Source: an uncultured Nitrospiraceae bacterium
GTDB lineage: Bacteria; Nitrospirota; Nitrospiria; Nitrospirales; Nitrospiraceae
Reading direction: 5' to 3'
Length of the DNA: 64,000 nt
Assembly: GCA_963706325.1 (NCBI GenBank)
Contig: CAVPLT010000007.1
Location: 448,001 to 512,000 of the forward strand
The position numbers and the translations under genes are program-made. Under the pieces are notes generated by a model. The model searched no databases, was not told where the DNA came from, and worked only from the letters and a program-made list of their open reading frames with translations. The first letter of the stretch is position 1. Each line of letters begins with the position of its first letter. Below, piece by piece: positions 48,939 through 59,379 of this stretch.

Positions 48939-49763
48939 ATGCTGTCGCGGCAATACGGCTTTTCTCCCCTCATGGTGTTCACCAGCATGTCCTCGCACTG
49001 GAATCTGCTTCGCCAACTGACCAAGCGTGAGATCGCCGGCCGCTATCGAGGATCGTTGCTGGGAGTACTATGGGCGTTCCTGCATCCGATGGTCATGTTG
49101 GGCATGTATACGATGGTGTTCAGGGGCGCCTTGGGCATGCGGTGGGGGCGGGAAGGCGAGAGTGCATTGGATTTCGGTCTGTTGTTGTTCTCAGGTTTGA
49201 TCATCCATGCCTTGTTTTCTGAAAGTATTCATCGCGCGCCCTACCTGATCGTGAATCATAGTAACTACGTGAAAAAAATTGTTTTCCCACTTGAGATCCT
49301 GGCCTGGAGTTCACTTGGGGCAGCACTCTTTCACGCGACGATCAGTGTGCTTGTGCTGATCGCTTTTTACGGCCTGCTTCACCATTCGCTGCATTGGACT
49401 ATGTTGCTCATCCCTGTTCTGCTTCTGCCATTGGTCCTGGTGACGATTGGAATCTCCTGGTTTCTCGCATCAGCCGGTGTATTTTTGCGGGATCTCGGCC
49501 ACGCCAGTGGACCGGTCACCACCGTGATGTTGTTTCTTTCGCCGGTGTTCTATCCGGCCTCGGCATTTCCTGATTCCTATCGGTTCTTGCTGTACGCGAA
49601 TCCGCTCACCTTCCTCATTACCCAAGCTCAGGATATGCTCATTTGGGGCAAGGCTCCGTCCTGGGCGGCCATAGGCCTCTATTGTGTATGCAGCTACCTG
49701 ATCGCATGGGGCGGCCTCCTGTGGTTTCAGAAGACACGAAAGGCATTCGCCGATGTCCTCTGA
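48939..49763 (+). CDS. wzm: Polysaccharide ABC exporter permease
   Basis: REIAGRYRGSLLGVLW, NYVKKIVFP, FLSPVFYP, FADVL. Confidence 0.92.
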   Translation: MLSRQYGFSPLMVFTSMSSHWNLLRQLTKREIAGRYRGSLLGVLWAFLHPMVMLGMYTMVFRGALGMRWGREGESALDFGLLLFSGLIIHALFSESIHRAPYLIVNHSNYVKKIVFPLEILAWSSLGAALFHATISVLVLIAFYGLLHHSLHWTMLLIPVLLLPLVLVTIGISWFLASAGVFLRDLGHASGPVTTVMLFLSPVFYPASAFPDSYRFLLYANPLTFLITQAQDMLIWGKAPSWAAIGLYCVCSYLIAWGGLLWFQKTRKAFADVL

Positions 49764-51129
49764 CTGGGCCCTCCGAGTTCACAATTTGTCAAAAGTCTAC
49801 CAGCTATATGATCGCGCAAGCGACCGGGGAAAACAGTGGATCCTGCCTTCGGTACAGAAGTGCCTTGGGCGCCAGCCTGCGCAGTATTACCGGGAAGTGC
49901 ACGCCGTCGTGAATGTCTCCTTCGAGCTCAGGAAGGGGGAGACAGTGGGTATTATTGGTCGGAACGGGTCTGGGAAGTCCACGCTGTTGCAGTTGATCGT
50001 GGGGACGTTGAGTCCGACGGGCGGAACCGTTGAAATCAACGGCCGTGTCGCGGCGCTGCTGGAGCTTGGAGCGGGTTTTCATCCTGAATTCACCGGCCGG
50101 GAAAATGTGTTCTTGAACGCGTCCTTGCTCGGTCTGTCGCAAGCGGAGATCGAGGCGCTGTTGGACGACATGCTGGCGTTTGCCGATATCGGAACCTCGA
50201 TCGATCAGCCGGTTAAAACCTACTCCAGCGGCATGGTGGTTCGCTTGGCCTTTGCAGTGATCGCACATGTGAAGGCTGACATCCTTGTCATTGATGAGGC
50301 ATTGGCGGTGGGGGACGCGTTTTTCGTTCAGAAATGCATTCGATTCCTTAGAGAGTTCATGGAGCGGGGAACTCTGTTATTCGTGAGCCACGATTCTGCG
50401 GCGGTGCTGGGCCTCTGCCGAAAGGCGCTCTGGCTGGAGCATGGGCGGATCGCCCGTATCGGTGAGGCGAAAACGGTGTGTGATGGGTACCTGCACGATT
50501 CCTATGCAGTGACTCTGGACGGCGCCAGCATAGAAAGCTCCGAGGGGTCGTCCGCATCGCACGCTATTGAGCCGGCGCCTTTTCAACTTGAGTCGAAGAA
50601 AGAGAATGGACTCCAGCGTCGGGATAAAGCGGCGTGTTCGGCCGGCCGCCAGGCATGGGTCGAGAAGATTCTGTTCACCGACGGTATCGGTCGAACGGTC
50701 TATACGGTGAGCAAGCGAGAACATGTGTCTCTACGAATTTGGTGTCGGACGTCCCTATGGCTGAGAAGTCCGATCGTCGGTTTTCTCGTACGTGATCGAT
50801 TCGGCCAATCGCTCTTTGGCGCAAATACCTGTCTGATCGGACAGGAACCACCGGACGCCGTGGCGCCTGGAACTAGCTTCGTCGCGGTGTTGGAGTTTGT
50901 GATGCCGGTGCTCCATCCGGGCGACTATGCCATGAGTGTCGCCCTTGCCGACGGAACGCAGCAGCAACATGTGCAACATCATTGGATTCATGATGCACTG
51001 GCATTCACCTCTGCGCCGGCCGAAACGTGTTTCGGCCTTTTTGCCGTTGAATTGCTGCATACTGATTTGTGCCGGACCTCCACGCAGGATACTCGGGATG
51101 AAAACGCCAATGACTCCGTCGCCCTGTAG
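49753..51129 (+). CDS. wzt: Polysaccharide ABC exporter ATPase with C-terminal Wzt_C domain
   Basis: GRNGSGKST, ELGAGF, YSSGMVVRLAF, DEALAVGD, plus a C-terminal extension. Confidence 0.93.
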   Translation: MSSDWALRVHNLSKVYQLYDRASDRGKQWILPSVQKCLGRQPAQYYREVHAVVNVSFELRKGETVGIIGRNGSGKSTLLQLIVGTLSPTGGTVEINGRVAALLELGAGFHPEFTGRENVFLNASLLGLSQAEIEALLDDMLAFADIGTSIDQPVKTYSSGMVVRLAFAVIAHVKADILVIDEALAVGDAFFVQKCIRFLREFMERGTLLFVSHDSAAVLGLCRKALWLEHGRIARIGEAKTVCDGYLHDSYAVTLDGASIESSEGSSASHAIEPAPFQLESKKENGLQRRDKAACSAGRQAWVEKILFTDGIGRTVYTVSKREHVSLRIWCRTSLWLRSPIVGFLVRDRFGQSLFGANTCLIGQEPPDAVAPGTSFVAVLEFVMPVLHPGDYAMSVALADGTQQQHVQHHWIHDALAFTSAPAETCFGLFAVELLHTDLCRTSTQDTRDENANDSVAL

Positions 51130-51832
51130 GGTGTGCGGAGGCGAGGCCTTTGTGCACCATGATGTCTTGTGGGGTGAGCTGATCGCTCAATGGGGCTTAT
51201 CCACCTCTGAGGCGGACTATATCAACATTCAGCAAGGAACCTGCTGTGCTGCCTGTGGCTCCAATGTCCGATCGATTGCGCTGGCGGATGCCCTGTTGCG
51301 ATCGGCTCAGGCTACCTCGACATTGAAGGAATGGGTCACGACGGATACGGCTCGCGACTGCACTGTGCTTGAGATCAATGAGGCTGGCCTCCTGAGCAAC
51401 GTCCTCGCGGCCATCCCGGGCCACCGGCTCGTGCGTTATCCGGACTACGACATGATGGCGTTGCCGTTTGAGAGTGGCTCGTTCGATTTCGTGGTTCATT
51501 CCGACACCTTGGAGCATGTGCCAGATCCGGTCCGTGGATTGCGAGAGTGCCGGCGGATCCTTCGACGTGGAGGCGCCTGCATTTTTACGGTACCTGTGGT
51601 CGTGGGGCGACTGACGAGGAGCAGGAAGGGCTTGCCACTCAGTGTCCACGGCAGCGAGGGCTGTCAGGACTCTTCCCTGACGGTGCATACCGAATTTGGC
51701 GCCGATGCCTGGTGTCAGGTTTTGGAGAGCGGTTTCGACGAGTGCCGGGTGGTGCCGTACTGGTATCCTGCAGGCATCGCGTTGATTGCGGGGACGTCAG
51801 AGTCGGTGGCGACGAAAGGGGGCCAGCGGTGA
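51110..51832 (+). CDS. Class I SAM-dependent methyltransferase with N-terminal CxxC pairs
   Basis: CRVC...CAAC, LPFESGSFDFVVHSDTLEHVPDP...RILRRGG. Confidence 0.85.
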   Translation: MTPSPCRVCGGEAFVHHDVLWGELIAQWGLSTSEADYINIQQGTCCAACGSNVRSIALADALLRSAQATSTLKEWVTTDTARDCTVLEINEAGLLSNVLAAIPGHRLVRYPDYDMMALPFESGSFDFVVHSDTLEHVPDPVRGLRECRRILRRGGACIFTVPVVVGRLTRSRKGLPLSVHGSEGCQDSSLTVHTEFGADAWCQVLESGFDECRVVPYWYPAGIALIAGTSESVATKGGQR

Positions 51833-52770
51833 ACAGGACAGACAACGTGCTGCTGGAGCTTGAGGCAACCGGTGAGCGATTCCTCCCGGAGATGCAGGGC
51901 ACAATCGCGCTAGAGCATTTGCACCGGTATGCCATGGCCAGGGACTTTGCAGCGGGGAAGGTGGTCCTTGATATCGCATGCGGTGAAGGCTATGGTTCCG
52001 CTTTTCTTGCCGAGGTGGCGGCGCGCGTATATGGTGTGGACATTGCCCCCGATGCGGTCGCCCATGCGAAAGCCAAGTATCAGCGGCCTAATCTGGAATT
52101 CCGCACCGGCCGTTGCGCGGACATTCCACTGGCCGATGGCACCGTTGACCTGGTGGTTAGCTTCGAGACCATTGAGCATCATACCGAGCATGGAGAAATG
52201 TTTGCCGAAATCAAACGCGTCCTAAGATCGGGCGGCCTGATGATCATGTCTAGCCCTGATAAGAGGGAGTATACGGAACGTGCCAATCATGCCAATGCCT
52301 ATCATGTGAAGGAGCTCTACGCGGAGGAATTCCAGCAGCTGGTTGAACGACATTTTACTCATGTCGCCATCCTCGGGCAGCGTGTACTCTATGCGTCGGT
52401 GATCCTACCGTCAGGCCGTCCGGGAGGATCGATTCACTATCACCGCGAGCATGATTCGGGGATTCAGTCTAGAAACGCTTTGGTGAAGCCTTGCTATCAG
52501 GTCGCAGTGGCATCGGACGCAGCTCTGCCGTCGTTAGCCGGCAGTCTCTTCGAGGAGATTGGTGAATCGGACCCAGAAATTGGACTGCTCCGGCATCATG
52601 TGGACTATGCCCAGCAGCGGATTGCCGGCTTAGAGGCAGAGGTCGCTGGGCTAAAGAGGGCGATCAATTCTATTTTGCATTCACACTCCTGGCGTGCGAC
52701 TCGTCCCCTCCGTGCGATAGTCAATCTGCTTCGAGCAATCACAGGCAAACAAATTGAAACCGAGCCGTAG
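51829..52770 (+). CDS. SAM methyltransferase with C-terminal coiled coil (glycan-capping type)
   Basis: TGERF, EHLHRY, VLDIACGEGYG, SFETIEH; heptad tail and SHSWRATRPLR motif; GTG start overlaps the previous stop. Confidence 0.88.
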   Translation: MNRTDNVLLELEATGERFLPEMQGTIALEHLHRYAMARDFAAGKVVLDIACGEGYGSAFLAEVAARVYGVDIAPDAVAHAKAKYQRPNLEFRTGRCADIPLADGTVDLVVSFETIEHHTEHGEMFAEIKRVLRSGGLMIMSSPDKREYTERANHANAYHVKELYAEEFQQLVERHFTHVAILGQRVLYASVILPSGRPGGSIHYHREHDSGIQSRNALVKPCYQVAVASDAALPSLAGSLFEEIGESDPEIGLLRHHVDYAQQRIAGLEAEVAGLKRAINSILHSHSWRATRPLRAIVNLLRAITGKQIETEP

Positions 52771-52790
52771 CGCTGTGTCGGGATGACCGA

Positions 52791-55700
52791 ATGAGTCTTG
52801 TGACGCAACGATTGGTGAAGTCCATCCGGTTCGCGAGGTTCTCCCTCGTAGAAGGTCTCTCCTGGTACAGACGGCATGGCCGCCTGCCGCGAGGCTCGGA
52901 GTTTGCCGACCTGTTTCGAAAAGCGTTCTTCCGATTCAAGATCCTCACACTTCGAACCGTCCCCGCTCCGAAGACGATTGAAAATGTCCTTCCGCCCTAT
53001 GACGCGTGGCTGCGGGTGAATACCTGGAATAGGCGAATGCGGGATGACCTGCTCGATCGCCTGAGCCGGCAGGCCGGTCATCTGCCTAAGATATCGATTG
53101 TCATGCCGGTGCACGATCCTCCCGTTGAATTTCTCGAGCGGGCAATCGAGTCGGTCCGCGCGCAGGTCTGCGAGGGGTGGGAGCTTTGCATTGTGGACGA
53201 CGGGAGCACGAACCGGAATGTGCGTGCGGTGCTGGAACGGTGGAGCGCGGCGGATCCTCGAATTCGAGTGGCCTATCTAGAACAGAATATTAATATCAGC
53301 GCGGCCACGAATAAGGCCACCGCGCTCGCTGGCGGCGAGTTTCTTCTCTTCTTCGATCACGATGATGAATTGACACCGGATGCCGTTGGGGAGGTTGCAC
53401 TCTTCCTGGCTGACCAGCCGGACGTGGATGCATTGTATTCTGACGACGACAAGATCGACATGGCCGGCAGGCGGTATGCGCCTCAATTTAAGCCCGACTG
53501 GTCCCCGGAGTTGCTCCTAGCCTACATGTATCTGAGTCATGTATTCGTTGTGCGACGCGCCCTATTTGAGTCGGTCGGCGGTATGCGGGTTGGTTTTGAA
53601 GGCGCTCAAGATTACGACCTGGCCCTGCGGATAGCGGAGCGGACATCCGCATTCGGACACATTCCGAGAGTCCTCTATCATTGGCGCGCCTTGCCGGGGT
53701 CGACGGCTTCCAGTGGTGCAGCGAAGCCGGCCAGTCTCGACGCAGGCCGGAGGGCGGTGGCCGAGGCCTTCGAGCGCCGAGGAATCGTAGCCCGCGTGAC
53801 TCAGCCTGAGTTTGCCGCCAAGGGCAATCTGGGTATCTATTGTCATGAGTTTCCAGACGAAGGCCCCTCGGTCACCATTATCATCCCGACGAAGAATCAG
53901 GCGGCCATCGTTCGTCAGTGTATCGAGTCTCTTCGACAGACCACGTATAGAAATTACGAGGTCGTCATCATCGACAACGAGAGCGACGATCCTGAAACCC
54001 TGGCTTATCTGCAGTCTCTTCCGCATCGGGTCATTCGTATTCCCAACCCGTCCGGGCGGTTCAATTACGCGGCGATCAACAACCGCGCAGTGGAAACCGT
54101 GACCGGTGAGTTCGTGTTGTTCCTGAACAATGATACCGAAGTGAAGAGTCCGCGCTGGTTGAGTCAGATGGTGGGATACGCGCAGATCCCTGGTGTCGGC
54201 GTAGTCGGAGCGAAGCTGATTTTCGCCGACGGCCGCATTCAGCATGCAGGTGTGATTCATGGTTTGTACCACGGACTTGCGGGACCGGCCTTCAGGCTGA
54301 CCCCGGAGTGGGAACATGGCTATCTGGCCTATGCATCCGTCGTCCGCAATTACTCGGCGGTCACCGCTGCCTGTTTACTGACCTCGCGCCGTCGTTTTCT
54401 GCAAATTGGAGGGTTCAATGAAGCGGAGTTCGGAGTCGCGTATAACGACGTCGACTACTGTTATCGCCTAGTCGATCAGGGATACCGCTGTGTCTATTGC
54501 CATGATGCCCAGCTCACGCACTATGAGGGCTTCTCGCGAGGATTCCATGACGATCCGGCCGAGGTCGCCGCGTTTAAACAGAAGTACAAACGCCGGAGAG
54601 ATCCCTTTTATAGCCCTTCGCTGTCCCTCGTCGACGAGAGTTTCCAGCTGATCCCTCGAAAAGTTGCGTCATGCCGGCAAAAGCCGATCCCGATCGTGAT
54701 GACTGCGCTGAGTTTGAATTGCGAGGGGGCGCCCTGGAGTCAGTACGAGCTGACCAAGGAGCTTGTGAAGCGGAAGGTGATTCAGCCCATCGTGTTTTCT
54801 CCGGCGGATGGTCCGCTGCGTTCGTTGTATGAAGAGCAGGGAATTTCCGTGATGGTCGATCGGCATCCGCTCTGGGACGTGACGAACTTACAGGAGTACG
54901 AAGCCGCCATCGCAGCTTTCTCCTCCAAGTGTCTCTCGTGGGGGGCAGAATTGGTCTATGCGAATACGCTACAGAGTTTTTATGCCGTTGCGGCGGCGCA
55001 CGAGGCGAAATTGCCCTCGGTATGGAATCCGCGCGAGAGCGAACCTTGGCAGACATACTTTGATTATTTGCCTAACGGGGTCATTCAAAAGGCCTACGAT
55101 TGCTTTGCCTGGCCATATCGCGTGGTGTTTGTGGCGGAGGCTACTCGCGATACCTATGTCGCACTCAACACGCGACACAATTTTACGGTGATTCGAAATG
55201 GGTTAGACCGGACACCTATTGATCAGGCTTGTAAGGAGTGGACGAACGCACAGGCTCGTGCGTCCATCGGGGCAGGGGAAGACGAGCTCGTGCTTCTCCT
55301 GCTCGGAACCGTCTGTTCACGGAAGGGACAGCAGGACCTGGTCAACGCCTTGGCAACAATGTCTCCAGAGCTGCAGGCCAAGATACGCTGCTATATCGTG
55401 GGAGATCGGCCAAGCGACTACAGTGTGGAATTGCACGGCATGGTCAAACAACTGCCCGCTTTATTGCGCAAGAGGATCCATATCGTGCCGGAAACGCGTC
55501 AGACGACGCCGTATTATCGCGCAGCCGACCTGTTCGTCTGTACCTCCAAGCTGGAAAGTTATCCCCGAGTGGTTCTGGAGGCCATGGCGTATGGTCTTCC
55601 CATTGTCACCACCCCCGTGTTCGGCATTCGCGAGCAGGTTCGGGAGGGCATTAATGCGTTGTTTTACGAGCCCGGAGATTACCGTACGCTGGCCGCGCAC

Positions 55701-55856
55701 TTGCAGGGCTTGATTAAAAACGAGCCGCTCCGCTCCTGCATGGCTGCGAAGAGTGCTGATGTGCTTGCTCTCGGGACGGATTTCGAAGCAATGGTTGAGA
55801 CTTATGGGGAGATCTTCACCGAAGCCTGGTTGACCGGCGGAGAGCCATTGTCATGA
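52791..55856 (+). CDS. Multidomain glycosyltransferase (GT2-GT2-GT4-like)
   Basis: ISIVMP...VDDGS, DHDDEL, YSDDDK, FKPDWSP; second GT2 IIIPT...LNNDTE; GT-B ESYPRVVLEAMAYG. Confidence 0.93.
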   Translation: MSLVTQRLVKSIRFARFSLVEGLSWYRRHGRLPRGSEFADLFRKAFFRFKILTLRTVPAPKTIENVLPPYDAWLRVNTWNRRMRDDLLDRLSRQAGHLPKISIVMPVHDPPVEFLERAIESVRAQVCEGWELCIVDDGSTNRNVRAVLERWSAADPRIRVAYLEQNINISAATNKATALAGGEFLLFFDHDDELTPDAVGEVALFLADQPDVDALYSDDDKIDMAGRRYAPQFKPDWSPELLLAYMYLSHVFVVRRALFESVGGMRVGFEGAQDYDLALRIAERTSAFGHIPRVLYHWRALPGSTASSGAAKPASLDAGRRAVAEAFERRGIVARVTQPEFAAKGNLGIYCHEFPDEGPSVTIIIPTKNQAAIVRQCIESLRQTTYRNYEVVIIDNESDDPETLAYLQSLPHRVIRIPNPSGRFNYAAINNRAVETVTGEFVLFLNNDTEVKSPRWLSQMVGYAQIPGVGVVGAKLIFADGRIQHAGVIHGLYHGLAGPAFRLTPEWEHGYLAYASVVRNYSAVTAACLLTSRRRFLQIGGFNEAEFGVAYNDVDYCYRLVDQGYRCVYCHDAQLTHYEGFSRGFHDDPAEVAAFKQKYKRRRDPFYSPSLSLVDESFQLIPRKVASCRQKPIPIVMTALSLNCEGAPWSQYELTKELVKRKVIQPIVFSPADGPLRSLYEEQGISVMVDRHPLWDVTNLQEYEAAIAAFSSKCLSWGAELVYANTLQSFYAVAAAHEAKLPSVWNPRESEPWQTYFDYLPNGVIQKAYDCFAWPYRVVFVAEATRDTYVALNTRHNFTVIRNGLDRTPIDQACKEWTNAQARASIGAGEDELVLLLLGTVCSRKGQQDLVNALATMSPELQAKIRCYIVGDRPSDYSVELHGMVKQLPALLRKRIHIVPETRQTTPYYRAADLFVCTSKLESYPRVVLEAMAYGLPIVTTPVFGIREQVREGINALFYEPGDYRTLAAHLQGLIKNEPLRSCMAAKSADVLALGTDFEAMVETYGEIFTEAWLTGGEPLS

Positions 55857-56989
55857 GCGTGAATTTCAATCTTGAAACTCCCGTGGGCAACAGTCTCGTG
55901 GGAATCAACCGGTTGTCAGGTTGGTATATTCCCGATCACGGCCTCCGCCCTCAACTCTATGTCGCCTGTAACGGTAAGCGGGAAGCCGCGCTGGAATGGG
56001 GTAGTATTCGGCCGGACGTTTCCTCGTTTTATCCGGCGCAGTCGCAGTCGATCATCAGCGGGTTTCAAGGCGACCTGTTGGTGGGGGAACATCTGCAGGG
56101 GAAGGAATTGGATGTCGCCGTGTTAGATGCGGCCGGTCAGGACCAGGAATTGTTCCTGCGCAGGTATATCCTGGGAGGGTCTTGTCCGCAAACCTTACGT
56201 GACCGATCGTTCAAGCTTGCCGATCTTCTCGTGTGTCCCGAGTGCCAGTCGCCTCTTGCCACGCATGACCATGACTGGGTCTGTTCCCGATGTGCTCTGT
56301 CTGTTCCGCTTCGAGGGGGCGTGCCGCATTTTCTCCAAGAGCAGGGAATCCCTTGTCTGCATTTGACTGAGCAGACCACTACTCACCCTTATTCGTCGGA
56401 CGTGATCGAGATTCTCGATCGTTATCACAGCGGGTTGGTGCTCGACTTCGGCGCAGGACACACGCCGAAGGAATTGCTGCGTCCCCAGGTGATGTATCTC
56501 GACGCCGTTCAGTATCAAGGAACTGATCTTGTCTGCACGCGCGGACGGTTGCCTTTTCGCGATCACACCTTCGATGCCGTGGTGAGTCAGGCGGTCTTCG
56601 AGCATCTCCAGGATCCACACCAGACCGCGCGCGAGCTCTATCGTATTCTAAGGTCCGGCGGCCTCATCCACCTTGATACGGCGTTTATGCAGCCGCTGCA
56701 CGGTGATCCTTGGCACTTCTTCAATATGACGCAACATGGCCTGCGGCAGGTCATGGCGCCGTTTCAGGAAATTCGGTGTGGCATCAAGAGCTACCAATAC
56801 CCCTCGGCCAGTTTGTTGATGCAACTTGAAGCCATCACGCCGTTTATCAGGTCCAGAAAATGGCGCAAGACCATCACGAAATGGCACAAGGAGCTACAGG
56901 CGGGAGCAGGGGAGTTTGACGACTCGCTCGATGATTTCGGTCGGACGACTTTGGCAGCAGGGTTTTACTTCGAGGGACGACGTCCATAG
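55853..56989 (+). CDS. SAM methyltransferase with N-terminal beta domain and Trm112-like Zn ribbon
   Basis: GW...RPDV..FYP...SGF; CPEC...CSRC; VLDFGAG, LPFRDHTFDAVVSQAVFEH. Confidence 0.82.
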   Translation: MSVNFNLETPVGNSLVGINRLSGWYIPDHGLRPQLYVACNGKREAALEWGSIRPDVSSFYPAQSQSIISGFQGDLLVGEHLQGKELDVAVLDAAGQDQELFLRRYILGGSCPQTLRDRSFKLADLLVCPECQSPLATHDHDWVCSRCALSVPLRGGVPHFLQEQGIPCLHLTEQTTTHPYSSDVIEILDRYHSGLVLDFGAGHTPKELLRPQVMYLDAVQYQGTDLVCTRGRLPFRDHTFDAVVSQAVFEHLQDPHQTARELYRILRSGGLIHLDTAFMQPLHGDPWHFFNMTQHGLRQVMAPFQEIRCGIKSYQYPSASLLMQLEAITPFIRSRKWRKTITKWHKELQAGAGEFDDSLDDFGRTTLAAGFYFEGRRP

Positions 56990-57082
56990 TTGCTTCTATC
57001 ACATGGTCCACCGCACTCAAATCGGACCGGCCGCGCCCGAGGGACGATTCCACAGGAATCGGACGGCAGGTAAGTGCAAAGT

Positions 57083-58222
57083 ATGAAAAAGCTGCCCCTC
57101 ATAAGCCAACAAGATGCTTCTCGTAATGTCGGACTTGATGTATGCCGAGCTTCAGCCATCGTGCTCGTGGTTTGCGGTCATGGCGTCGGGTATTTAGAAC
57201 CGCTGTTTCCCAATGCGGTTGAAACAATGAAGTGTGGTGGATTTGTTGGAGTGGAATTATTTTTTGTATTGAGCGGGTTCTTGATCGGGCAGATTCTCAT
57301 GCGGTACGTGGACGGCCAATCACCCGGCTGGCTCAAAACATTTTATCTGCGTCGCATGTTCAGGACCCTCCCCAGTTATATGCTGTTTCTGGGCCTCAAC
57401 ATACTGCTCGCGTTTATTGCGATGAGACCGGCCGTACCGCACGATGTGTGGAAGTATTTGATATTTGTTCAGAACGCGACGTCTCCTCATCCGGATTTTT
57501 TCCCCGAAGCTTGGAGTCTCGCTATTGAAGAGCTCTTCTACATCTGGTTCCCCTTGGGGTTTCTCGGCATGTCGTGTGCGTTCGGCATCAACCGAAAGAC
57601 GGCGATTCTCGTCACTGCCATGACTGTCATTGTCGGGTCGCTCTTCATCCGTGGGATTGTGGCGTTTGAGGCAGACTCATGGGACGGAGAAATTCGAAAG
57701 ATCTCGGCGCTTCGCTTGGACTCGTTGATGGTTGGGGTCCTGTTAGGTTGGTTGCATCAGACCCGATCTCGTCTTCTCAGTGAGAAAGCACTAGTGCACA
57801 CCTTCGTTGCGGTTCTCCTGTTCTGTGTTGTCTATGTCTCGATGACGCCCCTGGAGACGATGAATGACTCGTATTTTTCTAAGACTCTCTTGTTTACCCT
57901 CACTTCATTCGGCTGCGCGGGCCTGGTGATCGCATGTCTCGACCTTCAGCTCCCTTCGGGCCTCAAACGGGCGGTGACCCTGATCGCTAAGAGTTCCTAT
58001 TCAGCGTACCTGGTGAATCTGCCGGTCATGATACTCATGAATCAATTCATCGTGAATGATGGAGCCCTGGGTGTGGGATGGTTTCTGCTCTTCCATCTTG
58101 CGACGTTTTCGGTAGCCATCGCCTTGTATTTGAACGTTGAGGTGATCTGTTATCGATACCGAGATCGGTACGTACCAGAGTATCGGCGAGTTGAGAATCC
58201 GTATTTACGGATGGTCGCTTAA
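57083..58222 (+). CDS. Acyltransferase-3 family (O-acetyltransferase)
   Basis: GLDVCRA, GVELFFVLSGFLI, FYLRRMFR, WSLAIEE, SYSAYL. Confidence 0.92.
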   Translation: MKKLPLISQQDASRNVGLDVCRASAIVLVVCGHGVGYLEPLFPNAVETMKCGGFVGVELFFVLSGFLIGQILMRYVDGQSPGWLKTFYLRRMFRTLPSYMLFLGLNILLAFIAMRPAVPHDVWKYLIFVQNATSPHPDFFPEAWSLAIEELFYIWFPLGFLGMSCAFGINRKTAILVTAMTVIVGSLFIRGIVAFEADSWDGEIRKISALRLDSLMVGVLLGWLHQTRSRLLSEKALVHTFVAVLLFCVVYVSMTPLETMNDSYFSKTLLFTLTSFGCAGLVIACLDLQLPSGLKRAVTLIAKSSYSAYLVNLPVMILMNQFIVNDGALGVGWFLLFHLATFSVAIALYLNVEVICYRYRDRYVPEYRRVENPYLRMVA

Positions 58223-58308
58223 GGCAAGGACACTGAGTTGAAAGCATGTTCGGATAGTAGGGTTGGCGACATTTGCCAAGTAAAAGCCGCGTTCACTTCG
58301 GAGGGCGC

Positions 58309-59364
58309 ATGTTGGGAAGCGGATTTCTGGAACATCAGTTGCGGGGCATACTCAGGCCAGGACTGAGTCGCCTCTTCCCTTTCCTCGTCCGGCTTCGCGC
58401 ACTTTTTCACCACAACCGTGGTTCTGTCCAAGCCGGCAGCGCAGCCCATCATGGCGATGAACACCGCGTCTCCGACTACTGGGACAAGCAGTTCGAGGCC
58501 ATGCGCATGGACAACTCCTACTGGCTCAACAACAAGCTTGTCGAGGAGTCGACGTATCGACTGATGACCGATACTCCCAGACATTGGCTGGACTGGCTGT
58601 TGAAGGACTATTTTGCCCAGCGTACATTCAACCGCTCTCTGAGCGTCTGTTGCGGAGACGGCGCCCACGAGATTCAGCTTTATGCCTCAGGCAAAGTGCG
58701 TTTCGTCAGCGGGGTAGATATCTCGGAGGGGGCGGTCAAGCAGGCGAACGGACGGTTTGAAGCGGTGGGCGCGCCTCAAGAGCGGTATCGCTTCGAGGTG
58801 CGGGATGTGAATGCGCTGACGGTCGAGGGGACATTCGACCTGATCCTTTCGACCGGCGCGCTGCACCATACGACCAACCTTGAAGCGCTGCTGGGGACCG
58901 TGGAGCGTGCGTTGGAGCCGAACGGCTACTTCATCGTGGTGGAGTTCATTGGACCGAACCATTTTCAATGGACCGACCGACAGATTGAGATCGCTAATCA
59001 GGTGCTCAACGTCCTCGATCCTTATTACTTACGTGATGGCAGGCAGACCAGGTTTGAGCGGCCATCGGTCGAAAGCATGCTCAAGAGCGATCCTTCAGAG
59101 GCGGTACGATCAACGGATGTGTATCCGTTGGTGAAAAAGCATTTTGAGGTGCGCTATGAGAGATTTTATAACGGCACCCTTCTCCATCAGCTACACCCTT
59201 TATTGAGATTCGAGCTGGCGAATCGAGGGCAACGAGATTTTGACTCCATCGTTAAATTGATTCTTTTGATGGAAGATCTCCTGATCAAGGGCGAGGTGTT
59301 GCCGTCGGATTTTGTCTTTCTCATTTGTCAGAAGCCGGTGTCTCGCACCCGGTTATCAGAATAG
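58309..59364 (+). CDS. Class I SAM-dependent methyltransferase
   Basis: LSVCCGDG, GVDISEG, FDLILSTGALHH, EFIGP, DPSEAVRS. Confidence 0.85.
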   Translation: MLGSGFLEHQLRGILRPGLSRLFPFLVRLRALFHHNRGSVQAGSAAHHGDEHRVSDYWDKQFEAMRMDNSYWLNNKLVEESTYRLMTDTPRHWLDWLLKDYFAQRTFNRSLSVCCGDGAHEIQLYASGKVRFVSGVDISEGAVKQANGRFEAVGAPQERYRFEVRDVNALTVEGTFDLILSTGALHHTTNLEALLGTVERALEPNGYFIVVEFIGPNHFQWTDRQIEIANQVLNVLDPYYLRDGRQTRFERPSVESMLKSDPSEAVRSTDVYPLVKKHFEVRYERFYNGTLLHQLHPLLRFELANRGQRDFDSIVKLILLMEDLLIKGEVLPSDFVFLICQKPVSRTRLSE

Positions 59365-59379
59365 GGGGAGCATCGGCGC

